64,000 nucleotides of DNA from Bacteroidia bacterium (GTDB lineage Bacteria > Bacteroidota > Bacteroidia > UKL13-3): positions 8,828 through 72,827 of the forward strand of contig JAIOYZ010000019.1 of NCBI GenBank assembly GCA_021740845.1. Reading direction: 5' to 3'. The stretch's first letter is position 1. Every line of letters starts with the position of its first letter. The notes under the pieces were generated by a model. It had not been told where the DNA came from and ran no database searches. It saw only the letters and a list, made by a program, of their open reading frames with translations. A program made the position numbers and the translations under genes. Of the stretch, positions 39,803-48,920 are shown piece by piece.

Positions 39803-39897
39803 AACAAAGCTGATGGTACCTTAATTAAACCTAAGATAAATCAATTTGCTGAACTCAAAAAATAATTACCTTGCGAGGGCAATAGAAAAGAACAGAC

Positions 39898-40386
39898 ATG
39901 CTAAACGAACAAACCTTATGGGAAGCCTTGGAAACCGTTATGGATCCAGAAATCCCTACTATTTCTATGGTAGATATGGGCATAATTACTGCCATTAAAT
40001 TGAGTAGCGATCAAGAAAAAGCTTTTGTAGAAATGACACCCACTTTTTCTGGTTGCCCTGCCATTAGAGAAATGGAGAAAATGGTAAAAGAGCGCATGTT
40101 GGAGTTGGGAATAAAAGAAGTAGAAGTGCGCACTACATTTAACAAACCATGGAACAGTAATTTAATAACAGAACGAGGCAGACAACATTTAAAAAAACAC
40201 GGATTAGCTCCACCACCCAAGCACGAAGGAGAGATTACTCAAGAGTTATTGGAGAATATTGAATGTCCGTTTTGTGGTAGCAAAAATGTGGATTTAAAAT
40301 CTGCCTTTGGACCAACCCTTTGCCGCAGCTTACATTACTGCAATAATTGTTTGCAAGCATTTGAACAATTTAAGCCGGTAGTTTAG
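39898..40386 (+). CDS. paaD: Phenylacetyl-CoA epoxidase accessory subunit PaaD (PaaJ)
   Basis: VMDPEIP..S.VD.G, TPTFSGCPA, G.APP, CPFCGS...S.FG.T.CR...YC..C...FE.FK. Confidence 0.88.
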   Translation: MLNEQTLWEALETVMDPEIPTISMVDMGIITAIKLSSDQEKAFVEMTPTFSGCPAIREMEKMVKERMLELGIKEVEVRTTFNKPWNSNLITERGRQHLKKHGLAPPPKHEGEITQELLENIECPFCGSKNVDLKSAFGPTLCRSLHYCNNCLQAFEQFKPVV

Positions 40387-40393
40387 GGATTTT

Positions 40394-41914
40394 CTATTTT
40401 ATAGCAGCTCTAAATTCAGGAGAATTTAGAAACCAGAAATACCATTTTACGATTGTCCCATCAGGGCGTTTACATTTAACTAGAACAGGTACTAACTTGG
40501 CTTTCTCTTCCTTAAATTTTTGTCGATTCTGATAGTTTTCATCATATCTCTCTAAGGAATGAATGCTGCTATTTTCTTTGTTCAACATATAAAATTGAGC
40601 GCCCTCATCGGTTAAAAAATGTGCTTGAAAATTTTTATTAACACCTTTCAGAAAACCAATAAAACCGTAGCCGCCAATAAAATTAAATGAAGGTGGAAAT
40701 TGGCTTTCCAGCCTATAAACTTCTATCAATTTCTTTTTATAACAAACTTTATATTGGATTTCACCTTTCCTATTTTCTCTTATACCTAACTGCTTTAGTT
40801 GTTTTTCATTTAAAAGCAATGCCTTTGATAAATCAGTTTGAAAAATAACAGAATCCATCTTCAAATTCTCTTTGCGCAATAGTTTATTTTTAATTAGCCT
40901 TTTGATTAATTCATTGTAATTTTCATCTGTGTAATTAGCATAATTTTGCCTCACCCAATTAGCCTTATTTATAGGCAATAAATCACAAAATTTTTGAGTT
41001 GGTTTGAACCAAAAAACCATGTCATAATCTGTTCTACCATACATATTAGCTTTTGCCTTAAGCTCAACGCGGACGGGAACTAGCAGCTTTTTGGCTTCGG
41101 TCACAAAATCTTGTGCCACCATTAATGGTGCCTTTAACTCTAGTATATCTGTGGTAACATCTCCTACATTTTGTGAAGTGCTTTTCTTCTCTAAAAAGGT
41201 AATTTCTTTTTCTATAAACATTGGATAAGCCAAAAGGAAAGAATCAGACAAAATTGCCATCATTGAATCGCTAGCCAAAACACTGTTGTTTAAAGTGTAA
41301 CTACCACCATATGATTGAATTTCAGTAAAGTAAAATATTCTATTCTGGCGTTTGCGCAAAACACCTTTATTGGTATACAAACTATCACTCAAATTAGTAT
41401 ACCTCAACTCGCAACCATCGGAATAAATATGCAAGGCTGCCAGCTCCTGGTAGCTTAAAATCAACTCATCAGAATTTTCTTTGGGCGTATAACTTGGGTA
41501 AATAAGAGGCCAAGGTTCTTCTGGATAACCAGGTTTTGGTTCAAACCGAATTCTATTTTGCATTTTTGGCAAAGGAATGAGTGGCTTGGGTAGGGAAGAA
41601 ACTAATGAAATGGATTCTTCAATAACAGAATCTGTTGGATTATTTATTGAAGGTTTTTGCTCTTCTTTTTGCTCAATAGTAGGGCTTTGTTCATCCTTAT
41701 CACGACTTTGAAAATAGGATAAGAAAAACAGTCCAAACAACAAAAATGAAGCTATGATAAGGTACCAATTTCTCGCTCCAAATTTCTTATTAAGTATGGG
41801 TTCGGCTTGAACCAAATCTCTAATTTCTTCTATTGAAATTGCAGGAGAATCCAATTTGGCTTCTTGAAAAAGCTCATCCAAAAAACTATCGCTTAGTTGA
41901 TTCTTATTTTCCAT
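40394..41914 (-). CDS. Putative single-pass anti-sigma factor with two copies of an unknown extracytoplasmic domain
   Basis: Follows an ECF sigma gene by 2 bp; short N-terminal segment, one TM helix (WYLIIASFLLFGLFFLSYF); shares motifs with 43359..44831. Confidence 0.6.
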   Translation of the reverse strand: MENKNQLSDSFLDELFQEAKLDSPAISIEEIRDLVQAEPILNKKFGARNWYLIIASFLLFGLFFLSYFQSRDKDEQSPTIEQKEEQKPSINNPTDSVIEESISLVSSLPKPLIPLPKMQNRIRFEPKPGYPEEPWPLIYPSYTPKENSDELILSYQELAALHIYSDGCELRYTNLSDSLYTNKGVLRKRQNRIFYFTEIQSYGGSYTLNNSVLASDSMMAILSDSFLLAYPMFIEKEITFLEKKSTSQNVGDVTTDILELKAPLMVAQDFVTEAKKLLVPVRVELKAKANMYGRTDYDMVFWFKPTQKFCDLLPINKANWVRQNYANYTDENYNELIKRLIKNKLLRKENLKMDSVIFQTDLSKALLLNEKQLKQLGIRENRKGEIQYKVCYKKKLIEVYRLESQFPPSFNFIGGYGFIGFLKGVNKNFQAHFLTDEGAQFYMLNKENSSIHSLERYDENYQNRQKFKEEKAKLVPVLVKCKRPDGTIVKWYFWFLNSPEFRAAIK

Positions 41915-41916
41915 AA

Positions 41917-42423
41917 TTAAGCCTTTTTCATTTTAGTTAATTGATGATTTTCCTTTTCTGCAAAGGACTTCAAATACTGCCTTGTTTGATATAAACTTGC
42001 TTTTACTTTCTGCTCTGATTCACCCGTTATGGCAGCAATTTCTTTATAAGAAAATCCAGCTATTTCAAACAATACCAATCTATTTCTATCCTCTGGATTT
42101 AGTAAATTTAAGATTCTTGTTAGCTCATATTTCCAAACTTTTCCTTCTGCAGATTCATTGGAATAATTGGTATCAAACAAGGAGGCAGAAGACCGCTTGT
42201 CTTCTTTTAATTTCTTAAGAAATAGGTTACGAGCAATTCCAAAAAGGTAATAAATAAACTTCTCCGAATCAATTATTGTTTCAAACTTCTCAAAGGCAAT
42301 AAGTGTGGTTTCTGAAATAATATCGCGAGCCTCTTCCCTATTATGAACAAGAGCCTGCACATAATTGCATAAGCGTTTATGAGCAGGTTCGTATAATTTC
42401 ATAAATTTCTCCTTAGAAGGCAT
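41917..42423 (-). CDS. ECF sigma-70 factor
   Basis: Region 2 EEARDIISET...YLFGIARN; region 4 L.EIAGFSYKEIA...VKASL. Confidence 0.9.
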   Translation of the reverse strand: MPSKEKFMKLYEPAHKRLCNYVQALVHNREEARDIISETTLIAFEKFETIIDSEKFIYYLFGIARNLFLKKLKEDKRSSASLFDTNYSNESAEGKVWKYELTRILNLLNPEDRNRLVLFEIAGFSYKEIAAITGESEQKVKASLYQTRQYLKSFAEKENHQLTKMKKA

Positions 42424-42447
42424 TGGCTAAATTGAAGTGTTTATTGG

Positions 42448-42475
42448 GTAAGTACATTTTAAGGGCAAAAAGTTA
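42448..42475 (-). promoter_or_regulatory. Putative ECF autoregulatory promoter
   Basis: Minus strand TAACTTTT-TGCCCTTAAA-ATGTACTTAC; matches the element upstream of the second ECF gene. Confidence 0.55.
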
Positions 42476-42588
42476 TTTTAATTTGTAACAAAATTATAAT
42501 GCTTTGATTGGCAGCTATATTTTTTTAAAAATACTTGATCAAACCTTTCACAAGAATACGCCAATCCTTACCTTGCCAAACATTTTTT

Positions 42589-43356
42589 ATGCTTCAAAAA
42601 ACAATCATTGGTGGTTTACTTGGGTTGGCAATACTCCTATTTCTTTTATGGAAATTTGATATTGCTTTCAGCGCTCAAACACCCCAAAGTTTCTTAACGC
42701 ATTTTACCTTTTTTCTTACTCAATCGGCAGGACCAATTGGTACTTTATTAGGAATTTTATTAGCTTGCTTTTTGTATACAGTTAACGAAATTGGGATCAA
42801 AAATAAATTGCTTGTTTTTGGTAAGGCAATGCTTGGCTTGATAGTAATCATAAGTGTTTTTGCAGCCATAAATGAAAAATTAACCAAGCCTATTTTTAAA
42901 TTCCAACGCCCTAGTCATGTTTATATGTTGCAGCAAATAAACGCCATAGGCAGCCTTGACTCTTTGTATAATTTGAGCAAGGAAGAACGCATTGCCTTTT
43001 TTGAAAATGAAGTAAAAAACCAAGCAGTTTTATTTTCATCTATTGATTCAGATGTATTGCATCATTGGATTGCAGAAGGAGGTTATTCTTTTCCAAGCGG
43101 ACATACTTTTAACGCTTTTCTTTTGGCCATGATTTTTTCGTTTGGGATAGGCAATAATTCGTATGCGCCCAAACTTCAAAAACTTTTTTTTCTACCATTT
43201 TTATGGGCCATGGGAATTGGCCTTTCACGTGTAGCATTGGGAGTTCATAGTTGGATAGATGTAAGCGCTGGAGCAGCCATGGGAATAGTGGTTGGCAGCA
43301 CTTTGTTGTATATGGATTACACAAGGAATTTGATTACCCACAAAAAGCAAAACTAA
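42589..43356 (+). CDS. PAP2-family phosphatase (PgpB-like)
   Basis: K.....RP, YSFPSGH, SRVALGVH..D motifs with TM helices. Confidence 0.9.
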   Translation: MLQKTIIGGLLGLAILLFLLWKFDIAFSAQTPQSFLTHFTFFLTQSAGPIGTLLGILLACFLYTVNEIGIKNKLLVFGKAMLGLIVIISVFAAINEKLTKPIFKFQRPSHVYMLQQINAIGSLDSLYNLSKEERIAFFENEVKNQAVLFSSIDSDVLHHWIAEGGYSFPSGHTFNAFLLAMIFSFGIGNNSYAPKLQKLFFLPFLWAMGIGLSRVALGVHSWIDVSAGAAMGIVVGSTLLYMDYTRNLITHKKQN

Positions 43357-43358
43357 AT

Positions 43359-44831
43359 TTAGCGGCGTACAATGCGTTTTGAAATTACATCACCTTTATC
43401 CGATTCAATTACTAGAACATAAACGCCCGGCAATAAATCGCCAATATTGGTTTCAAACTTATGCTTACCTGTCTCGAAGGGTTTTGAAGGCAGTGCTTTT
43501 CTAAGTAAGGTGCCGTTAATTGAATAAATATTAGCCTCAAGGATACGTGCATCGGATAAGTTAAACTCAACAGTAAGTTCGGCATCGGTGGGGTTTGGAA
43601 AGGCGGAAAAATAATTGATGGCACCAGGAGCATTTTGACAAGCTTCAAAATAGGTACATGTTTTTGCATCGCTTTTCTTGGTAACAAAAACCGATTGGTA
43701 TTCTTTGCGCAAATCAGATGAAATTCTTTTGGGTAGAGCATTAAATAATTCTTCGCTTGGTTCAAACCAAATGATAATATCTGCTCGATAACTTTGTGTA
43801 TCTCCCGGAATATTTACATCACCAGATCGAACTAGAATTGGAATGAAAGACGGGATTTTTTCTGCCAGTTTTCTTTCATCTTCCTTTCTTTCATTTTCAG
43901 GTTTTAATGGACTTAAATTATTGTCGATTCGGTATTGTAATTCCTCTTTAGAATATTCATTATCCAGCTCAAACAATCTCCACTTTTGCCCGAGATCATC
44001 TGTAACAAGTCGGTATTTTGGAATTTTCATTACAATACTAGAATTAGCATTGGAATCTGAAGTGTTAGTTGCTTTTAATTTAGGAGGATTCAATGTGTTT
44101 CCTCTTATAAAAACTGAGGAATTAGAATTCAATTTATTAGATGAATTACCAAAACTACTTTTCAGATTTTTACTTCCAAAATTATTAAATCCAGTAGGCC
44201 TAAAATTCATATTAAATTCAGCGGTACTACCCGCTTTATCAAAATAAATAAAGGATGCTTTTGTATCACATATTGGCAATTTTATTTGTAGGTCTTTTAT
44301 AATAATTCCAAAAGCCAGCAATTCTTCATCCGATAATTCTATAATTTTTATGCAATTAAGATTAATTAATCGTCTCTGGGTTATTGAATCTATTTGTTCT
44401 AAAGATGGAGCTTTTTCAATTGAATTTGAAGAATCAAATATTGTCACTAATTTAGGTTCAAAGGAAAAAATTGGAGCTGCACTTTTCCTGTTTACTTTTG
44501 TTTTTCTAATCTCTCCTTTTGGTTCTATTGAAGTTTCCTTTTCTGCTTGAACTTCACTTTCGGTGTTTTGGGGAACAATTCTCTGTTCTGATTTGGTTAA
44601 TAAATCGGAATTCAATTCTGAAACAGGTTTGTTAAAATACAGAACAAGTAGTGTTGAAAATACAGCGATTATACTCATGGCTATTATTATTTTAGTGTTA
44701 AAATAAATCTTAAATTTAGGTGTACGATTTCCAATCAATTCAATTTTTTGTTCCAATAATTCTAAGTCCATTTCGGGCCTTGCATTTCTTGCGGCATCAA
44801 ATAATTTGTTCACCTTTTCATCTGCATTCAT
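43359..44831 (-). CDS. Putative anti-sigma factor ending in a T9SS type A sorting domain
   Basis: Overlaps the ECF stop (ATGA); TM helix IIIAMSIIAVFSTLLVLYF; C-terminus AFPNPT...IYSING...LLPGVYVLVI...KRIVRR. Confidence 0.7.
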   Translation of the reverse strand: MNADEKVNKLFDAARNARPEMDLELLEQKIELIGNRTPKFKIYFNTKIIIAMSIIAVFSTLLVLYFNKPVSELNSDLLTKSEQRIVPQNTESEVQAEKETSIEPKGEIRKTKVNRKSAAPIFSFEPKLVTIFDSSNSIEKAPSLEQIDSITQRRLINLNCIKIIELSDEELLAFGIIIKDLQIKLPICDTKASFIYFDKAGSTAEFNMNFRPTGFNNFGSKNLKSSFGNSSNKLNSNSSVFIRGNTLNPPKLKATNTSDSNANSSIVMKIPKYRLVTDDLGQKWRLFELDNEYSKEELQYRIDNNLSPLKPENERKEDERKLAEKIPSFIPILVRSGDVNIPGDTQSYRADIIIWFEPSEELFNALPKRISSDLRKEYQSVFVTKKSDAKTCTYFEACQNAPGAINYFSAFPNPTDAELTVEFNLSDARILEANIYSINGTLLRKALPSKPFETGKHKFETNIGDLLPGVYVLVIESDKGDVISKRIVRR

Positions 44832-45379
44832 TTCAAACCTCCCTCATTAATTGTTTGGTTCAAACCGAATTTTTTAAGCCTTGCATTTTCTAATTCCACT
44901 AAATCTTTTAACCTCTGCCTTGCTTGATAAATATCTGTTTTCACCTTACTTAAACTTACCTTTTGTATTTGGGCAATTTCCTCATATTTAAATCCAGCCA
45001 CCTCAAACAAGGTAATTGCTTCTTGTTGCTGAGGCTTTAATTTTCCTAACAAATTAGCTAACTCTCTTCTCTGTAAACTGTCTTCGGAAGTTTCACCTCC
45101 ATCCAAATCTTCCATTTTCTCCCTATTCCAAGGCGCATGAAATTTTTGCCTTCTTACTTTTTTCAGATACAGATTTCTAGCAATGGCAAATAAGAAATAG
45201 GCAAATTGCTCAGGTTGCCTTAGCGTTTCAAATCTCTCAAATGCCTCTAATGTAACTTCACTCACCAGGTCTTTTGCATCCTCCGATTGCCAAATCAACG
45301 ACTGCACATACCTGCTCAACCGCGCATGCAATGGTCGGTATAAGGTCATAAAGCGTATGTTTTTTTCGGTTTGATCCAA
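44828..45379 (-). CDS. ECF sigma-70 factor
   Basis: EDAKDLVSEV...FLFAIARN; L.EVAGFKYEEIA...VKT.I..AR..L; paralogue of 41917..42423. Confidence 0.9.
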   Translation of the reverse strand: MDQTEKNIRFMTLYRPLHARLSRYVQSLIWQSEDAKDLVSEVTLEAFERFETLRQPEQFAYFLFAIARNLYLKKVRRQKFHAPWNREKMEDLDGGETSEDSLQRRELANLLGKLKPQQQEAITLFEVAGFKYEEIAQIQKVSLSKVKTDIYQARQRLKDLVELENARLKKFGLNQTINEGGLK

Positions 45380-45406
45380 CAGAATTAAATTAGAATTCGT
45401 ACAACA

Positions 45407-45435
45407 GTAAGTTCCATGAGTTGATTCAAAAGTTA
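45407..45435 (-). promoter_or_regulatory. Putative ECF autoregulatory promoter
   Basis: Minus strand TAACTTTT-GAATCAACTC-ATGGAACTTAC. Confidence 0.55.
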
Positions 45436-45542
45436 GGAAACAATTTTAAATTTTACCTAAGCAACTCATTTTCTGTGGAATTAAATCAATTCAACTTCAT
45501 ACAAATCAAATTTGTCTTTCATTTTAACCTAAATTGCAAGCC

Positions 45543-46598
45543 ATGAAAATACTATACGGAGTGCCGGGAGAAGGCATGGGGCATGCAACAAGAAGCAAGG
45601 TTGTTATTACTCATTTGTTAGATAGTGGGCATGATGTACATGTGGTGGCGAGCGACCGTGCTTATACCTTTTTGAAGCAAAGTTTTCCGGATAGAGTTAG
45701 TGAAATTAAGGGCTTTCATTTTGCTTACAAAAATGCTGAAGTAAGCAAGGCTGGAACATTTTGGTTGAACCTAAAGGCTGCTCCAAAAAATTTGATACTT
45801 AATATTGCCAAGCAATTGCAAATTGAAAAAAACTTTACGCCAGAATTAGTCATTAGCGATTTTGAAAGCTTTACTTATTTCTTTGCCAAGTTGCACAAAT
45901 TGCCATTAATAAGCATTGATAACATGCAAGTAATGAATCGTTGTGTTTTGGATATACCAATTGCTAAAGAAGAAAAAAACAATTACCAATTGGCCAAACA
46001 AATTGTAAAAGCAAAGGTTCCGGGCTGCGACCATTATTTAATAAGCAGCTTTTTTGACGCTAAAATTTCTAAGAAAAATACGCAATTGGTTCAGCCCATA
46101 ATACGCCAAGCTATTTTGGATACACAGGTTAGTGAGAAAGACCATATATTGGTTTATCAAACATCTAGTAGCTTAAAAAACCTGCAAGAAACCTTGAGTA
46201 AATTACCCAATGAAAAGTTCTTGGTATATGGCATGAACAAAGACCAAGAAGAAGGAAATGTTTGCTTTAAAACCTTTAGTGAAGATGGTTTTATAAAAGA
46301 TTTTTCGGAAGCAAAAGCAGTTATTGCCAATGGTGGATTTTCGTTTATCAGCGAAGCCGTTTACCTGAAAAAGCCTATTTATTCCTTTCCAATTGCCAAT
46401 CAATTTGAGCAATACATGAACGCCGCCTATATAGAAAAATTGGGCTATGGCAGGCATTTCGATAAACTCAATTCAGATTCTATCAAAGCATTTCTGTATG
46501 AACTTCCTTTGTTTAAGAAACAGTTAAGCAACTATCACCAAAAGGGAAACGAGGTTCTTTTTCTAGAATTAGACACCCTACTCCAACTCCATAAATAA
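45543..46598 (+). CDS. GT-B glycosyltransferase (MJ1255/VC2487-like)
   Basis: MKILYGV.GEG.GHATRS, VISDFE, ISIDN, NGGFS.ISEA..L.KP, Q.EQ..NA. Confidence 0.85.
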   Translation: MKILYGVPGEGMGHATRSKVVITHLLDSGHDVHVVASDRAYTFLKQSFPDRVSEIKGFHFAYKNAEVSKAGTFWLNLKAAPKNLILNIAKQLQIEKNFTPELVISDFESFTYFFAKLHKLPLISIDNMQVMNRCVLDIPIAKEEKNNYQLAKQIVKAKVPGCDHYLISSFFDAKISKKNTQLVQPIIRQAILDTQVSEKDHILVYQTSSSLKNLQETLSKLPNEKFLVYGMNKDQEEGNVCFKTFSEDGFIKDFSEAKAVIANGGFSFISEAVYLKKPIYSFPIANQFEQYMNAAYIEKLGYGRHFDKLNSDSIKAFLYELPLFKKQLSNYHQKGNEVLFLELDTLLQLHK

Positions 46599-46619
46599 GT
46601 AGGGAGTAAAAAGTAAAAC

Positions 46620-46647
46620 GTTCGTCCTTAAAAAACTGAAGTTCGTC
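46620..46647 (+). promoter_or_regulatory. Probable LytTR operator (direct repeat, 21-bp period)
   Basis: GTTCGTC at 46620 and 46641, upstream of CACCTTTG and an operon that contains a LytTR regulator. Confidence 0.6.
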
Positions 46648-46710
46648 ATGGTTAATTTAATAAAGCATAGGTTCTAACCCACCTTTGTGCTGTAATTAAA
46701 AACAAACACC

Positions 46711-47103
46711 ATGAAAAAAATTATCTCCGCTCTCTTGTTAATTGGATTCTTAACACAAGCCAATGCAGCAGAAAAAAACCAAAGCGATCATAAAGGTGAG
46801 CAAAAGAAAGCAGCTGTTTACCATATTGAGCAAGCAAGCATGCAAAGCACTCTTAAATACGATGGCGACGCTATATTGCTATTTGGCATTTGCTCTTACA
46901 ATACCTTACCCGTTAAGGTTCAATTAATTTCTGGGAACACCTCCTTAATGACGGCCAATTACAATACACAAAGTATTAATGATGGCTTTAACTTACGTCA
47001 AATTCCTGCAGGCACTTATACTTTAAGAATTACACATGGAAGTGAAATAATAGAAAAGCAATTTGTAAAAACAACAGAATCTGCTCCTATATTTGAATAC
47101 TAG
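46711..47103 (+). CDS. Small secreted Ig-like protein (DUF3244/CTD-like)
   Basis: Signal peptide ending ANA; FNL.QIPAGTYTLRI motif. Confidence 0.6.
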   Translation: MKKIISALLLIGFLTQANAAEKNQSDHKGEQKKAAVYHIEQASMQSTLKYDGDAILLFGICSYNTLPVKVQLISGNTSLMTANYNTQSINDGFNLRQIPAGTYTLRITHGSEIIEKQFVKTTESAPIFEY

Positions 47104-48153
47104 ATGAAAGAACTATTGAGAGAAAAAACTAAAACACAACCTGGGTTTTTGCTATATGTAATATCCTTGTTTTTTTATGTGTTGCTCTCAGAACTGGTTT
47201 ATAGCTTATTGGGTTTTCAATTTTTATTAGAAAATTTTTTAAGCAACTTATATGAATCTGCCCTATTTCTAGGCATTGCCTTTTGGGTAAATGCGTTTAT
47301 GGAAAATACGTTCAATCAAAAATTCCCTTGGAATAACAATCCAATTTACCGGTTTTCGGTTCAATCATTGGTTCTGAGTTTTTTGGTAAACATACTTATT
47401 ACCATTTCGTTCGTCGGGTTTAAATACATCCATTTTGCTTATTATAATGCTGGCATTTTTGTTTCTTTTCAATTGGTTTTTATTCAGTTTTGTTTGTATG
47501 CAATTGTAATAGAACTCAATGTGGTGGCCAATTTTGCCGAGTATTTATTGAACCAATGGCACCAAAGCAAATTGCAGCAAGAAACTTTTGATAAAGAAAA
47601 AGCCCAATTCAATTTGGAGCTATTGCGCAATCAAATCAATCCTCATTTTTTGTTCAATAACCTCAATACACTTTCTTCACTCATTCACGAAAACCAAGAC
47701 CAAGCTTCTGATTTTCTTCGCATGTTATCGCGGGTTTACCGAAACATTTTGGAATATAGAAACAAAGAAACCGTGAGTTTGAAAGAAGAGTTAGATTTCT
47801 TTGAAAATTACTACCAATTGCTAAGTATACGTTTTAAAGAAATGCTTTTGGTTCAAAAAGAAATTAACCCCAACTTGATGCAGAAGAAAATGATTCCTTT
47901 AACACTGCAAATGCTTATTGAAAATGCAATAAAACACAATGTAGTTTCTAGGAGCCAGCCCTTGGTTATTACCATTAAAACGGAAGGCAATTTCTTGTTG
48001 GTTAGCAATCCCATCCAGAAAAAAGAATCGCTGGAATACTCGAGTGGATTGGGATTAAAAATAATAAATAGCAGGTATTCATTTTTGGGCGATACTTCAA
48101 TTGAAATTATTTCAAACCCTCAACAGTTTACCGTAAAAATACCTCTACTATGA
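47104..48153 (+). CDS. LytS-type sensor histidine kinase
   Basis: N-terminal TM helices; LRNQINPHFLFNNLN, EEL.F, LQMLIENAIKHN, G.GL. Confidence 0.93.
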   Translation: MKELLREKTKTQPGFLLYVISLFFYVLLSELVYSLLGFQFLLENFLSNLYESALFLGIAFWVNAFMENTFNQKFPWNNNPIYRFSVQSLVLSFLVNILITISFVGFKYIHFAYYNAGIFVSFQLVFIQFCLYAIVIELNVVANFAEYLLNQWHQSKLQQETFDKEKAQFNLELLRNQINPHFLFNNLNTLSSLIHENQDQASDFLRMLSRVYRNILEYRNKETVSLKEELDFFENYYQLLSIRFKEMLLVQKEINPNLMQKKMIPLTLQMLIENAIKHNVVSRSQPLVITIKTEGNFLLVSNPIQKKESLEYSSGLGLKIINSRYSFLGDTSIEIISNPQQFTVKIPLL

Positions 48154-48914
48154 AATTTGTAATTATAGAAGACGAGCCACATGCAAGGAATGAGATAAAA
48201 CGCATTCTAACTAAAATAGAACCCCAACATCAAATAGTGGCAGAACTAGAGTCTGTTTCAGAGGCTATAGAATATCTCGGTTTGAACCAAGATTTTGATT
48301 TGCTGTTCTTGGATATTCAATTGTCTGATGGCTTAAGCTTTGATATTTTTAACGAAATAAAAGTGAATAAGCCTGTGATATTTACAACAGCTTATAACGA
48401 TTATGCCATTAAAGCATTTGAGCTTAACAGCATTGATTATTTATTGAAACCAATAGAGCCCAATCAACTTCAAAAAGCATTAGAAAAATTTAAAGAACTG
48501 AATACTCAAAATAAGCAGAAAACTCCCTTTAATGGCGACGACCTTAGGGCTTTGTTGGGTATAGAGAAAAAGGGCTACAAATCGCGTTTCTTAATTAAAA
48601 TTGGGGATCAGTTTAAATATATTCCCGCTCAAGAAATTGCTTATTTTTATGCCGATAGAAACACAATTTACTTGGTAGATTTGGAACAAAAAAAGTATAT
48701 TGTAGATTATAGGTTGGATCAATTGGAGGAACAATTAAATCCAACAGATTTTTTTAGAGTTACCAGAAGTTATATTGTGCATATTCAATCTATAGTGAAA
48801 GTTCATAAGTATTTCAATAGTCGTTTGTCCTTGGAATTAAAACCCGAAGTTGGCGAACAATTGTTGGTGAGTAGAATAAAAGTAGAATCGTTTTTAGCTT
48901 GGTTAGATAAATAA
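48150..48914 (+). CDS. LytTR-family response regulator
   Basis: IIEDE, FLDIQL.DG, FTTAY, DYLLKP; LytTR FFRV.RSYIV. Confidence 0.95.
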   Translation: MKFVIIEDEPHARNEIKRILTKIEPQHQIVAELESVSEAIEYLGLNQDFDLLFLDIQLSDGLSFDIFNEIKVNKPVIFTTAYNDYAIKAFELNSIDYLLKPIEPNQLQKALEKFKELNTQNKQKTPFNGDDLRALLGIEKKGYKSRFLIKIGDQFKYIPAQEIAYFYADRNTIYLVDLEQKKYIVDYRLDQLEEQLNPTDFFRVTRSYIVHIQSIVKVHKYFNSRLSLELKPEVGEQLLVSRIKVESFLAWLDK

Positions 48915-48920
48915 AAAAGG

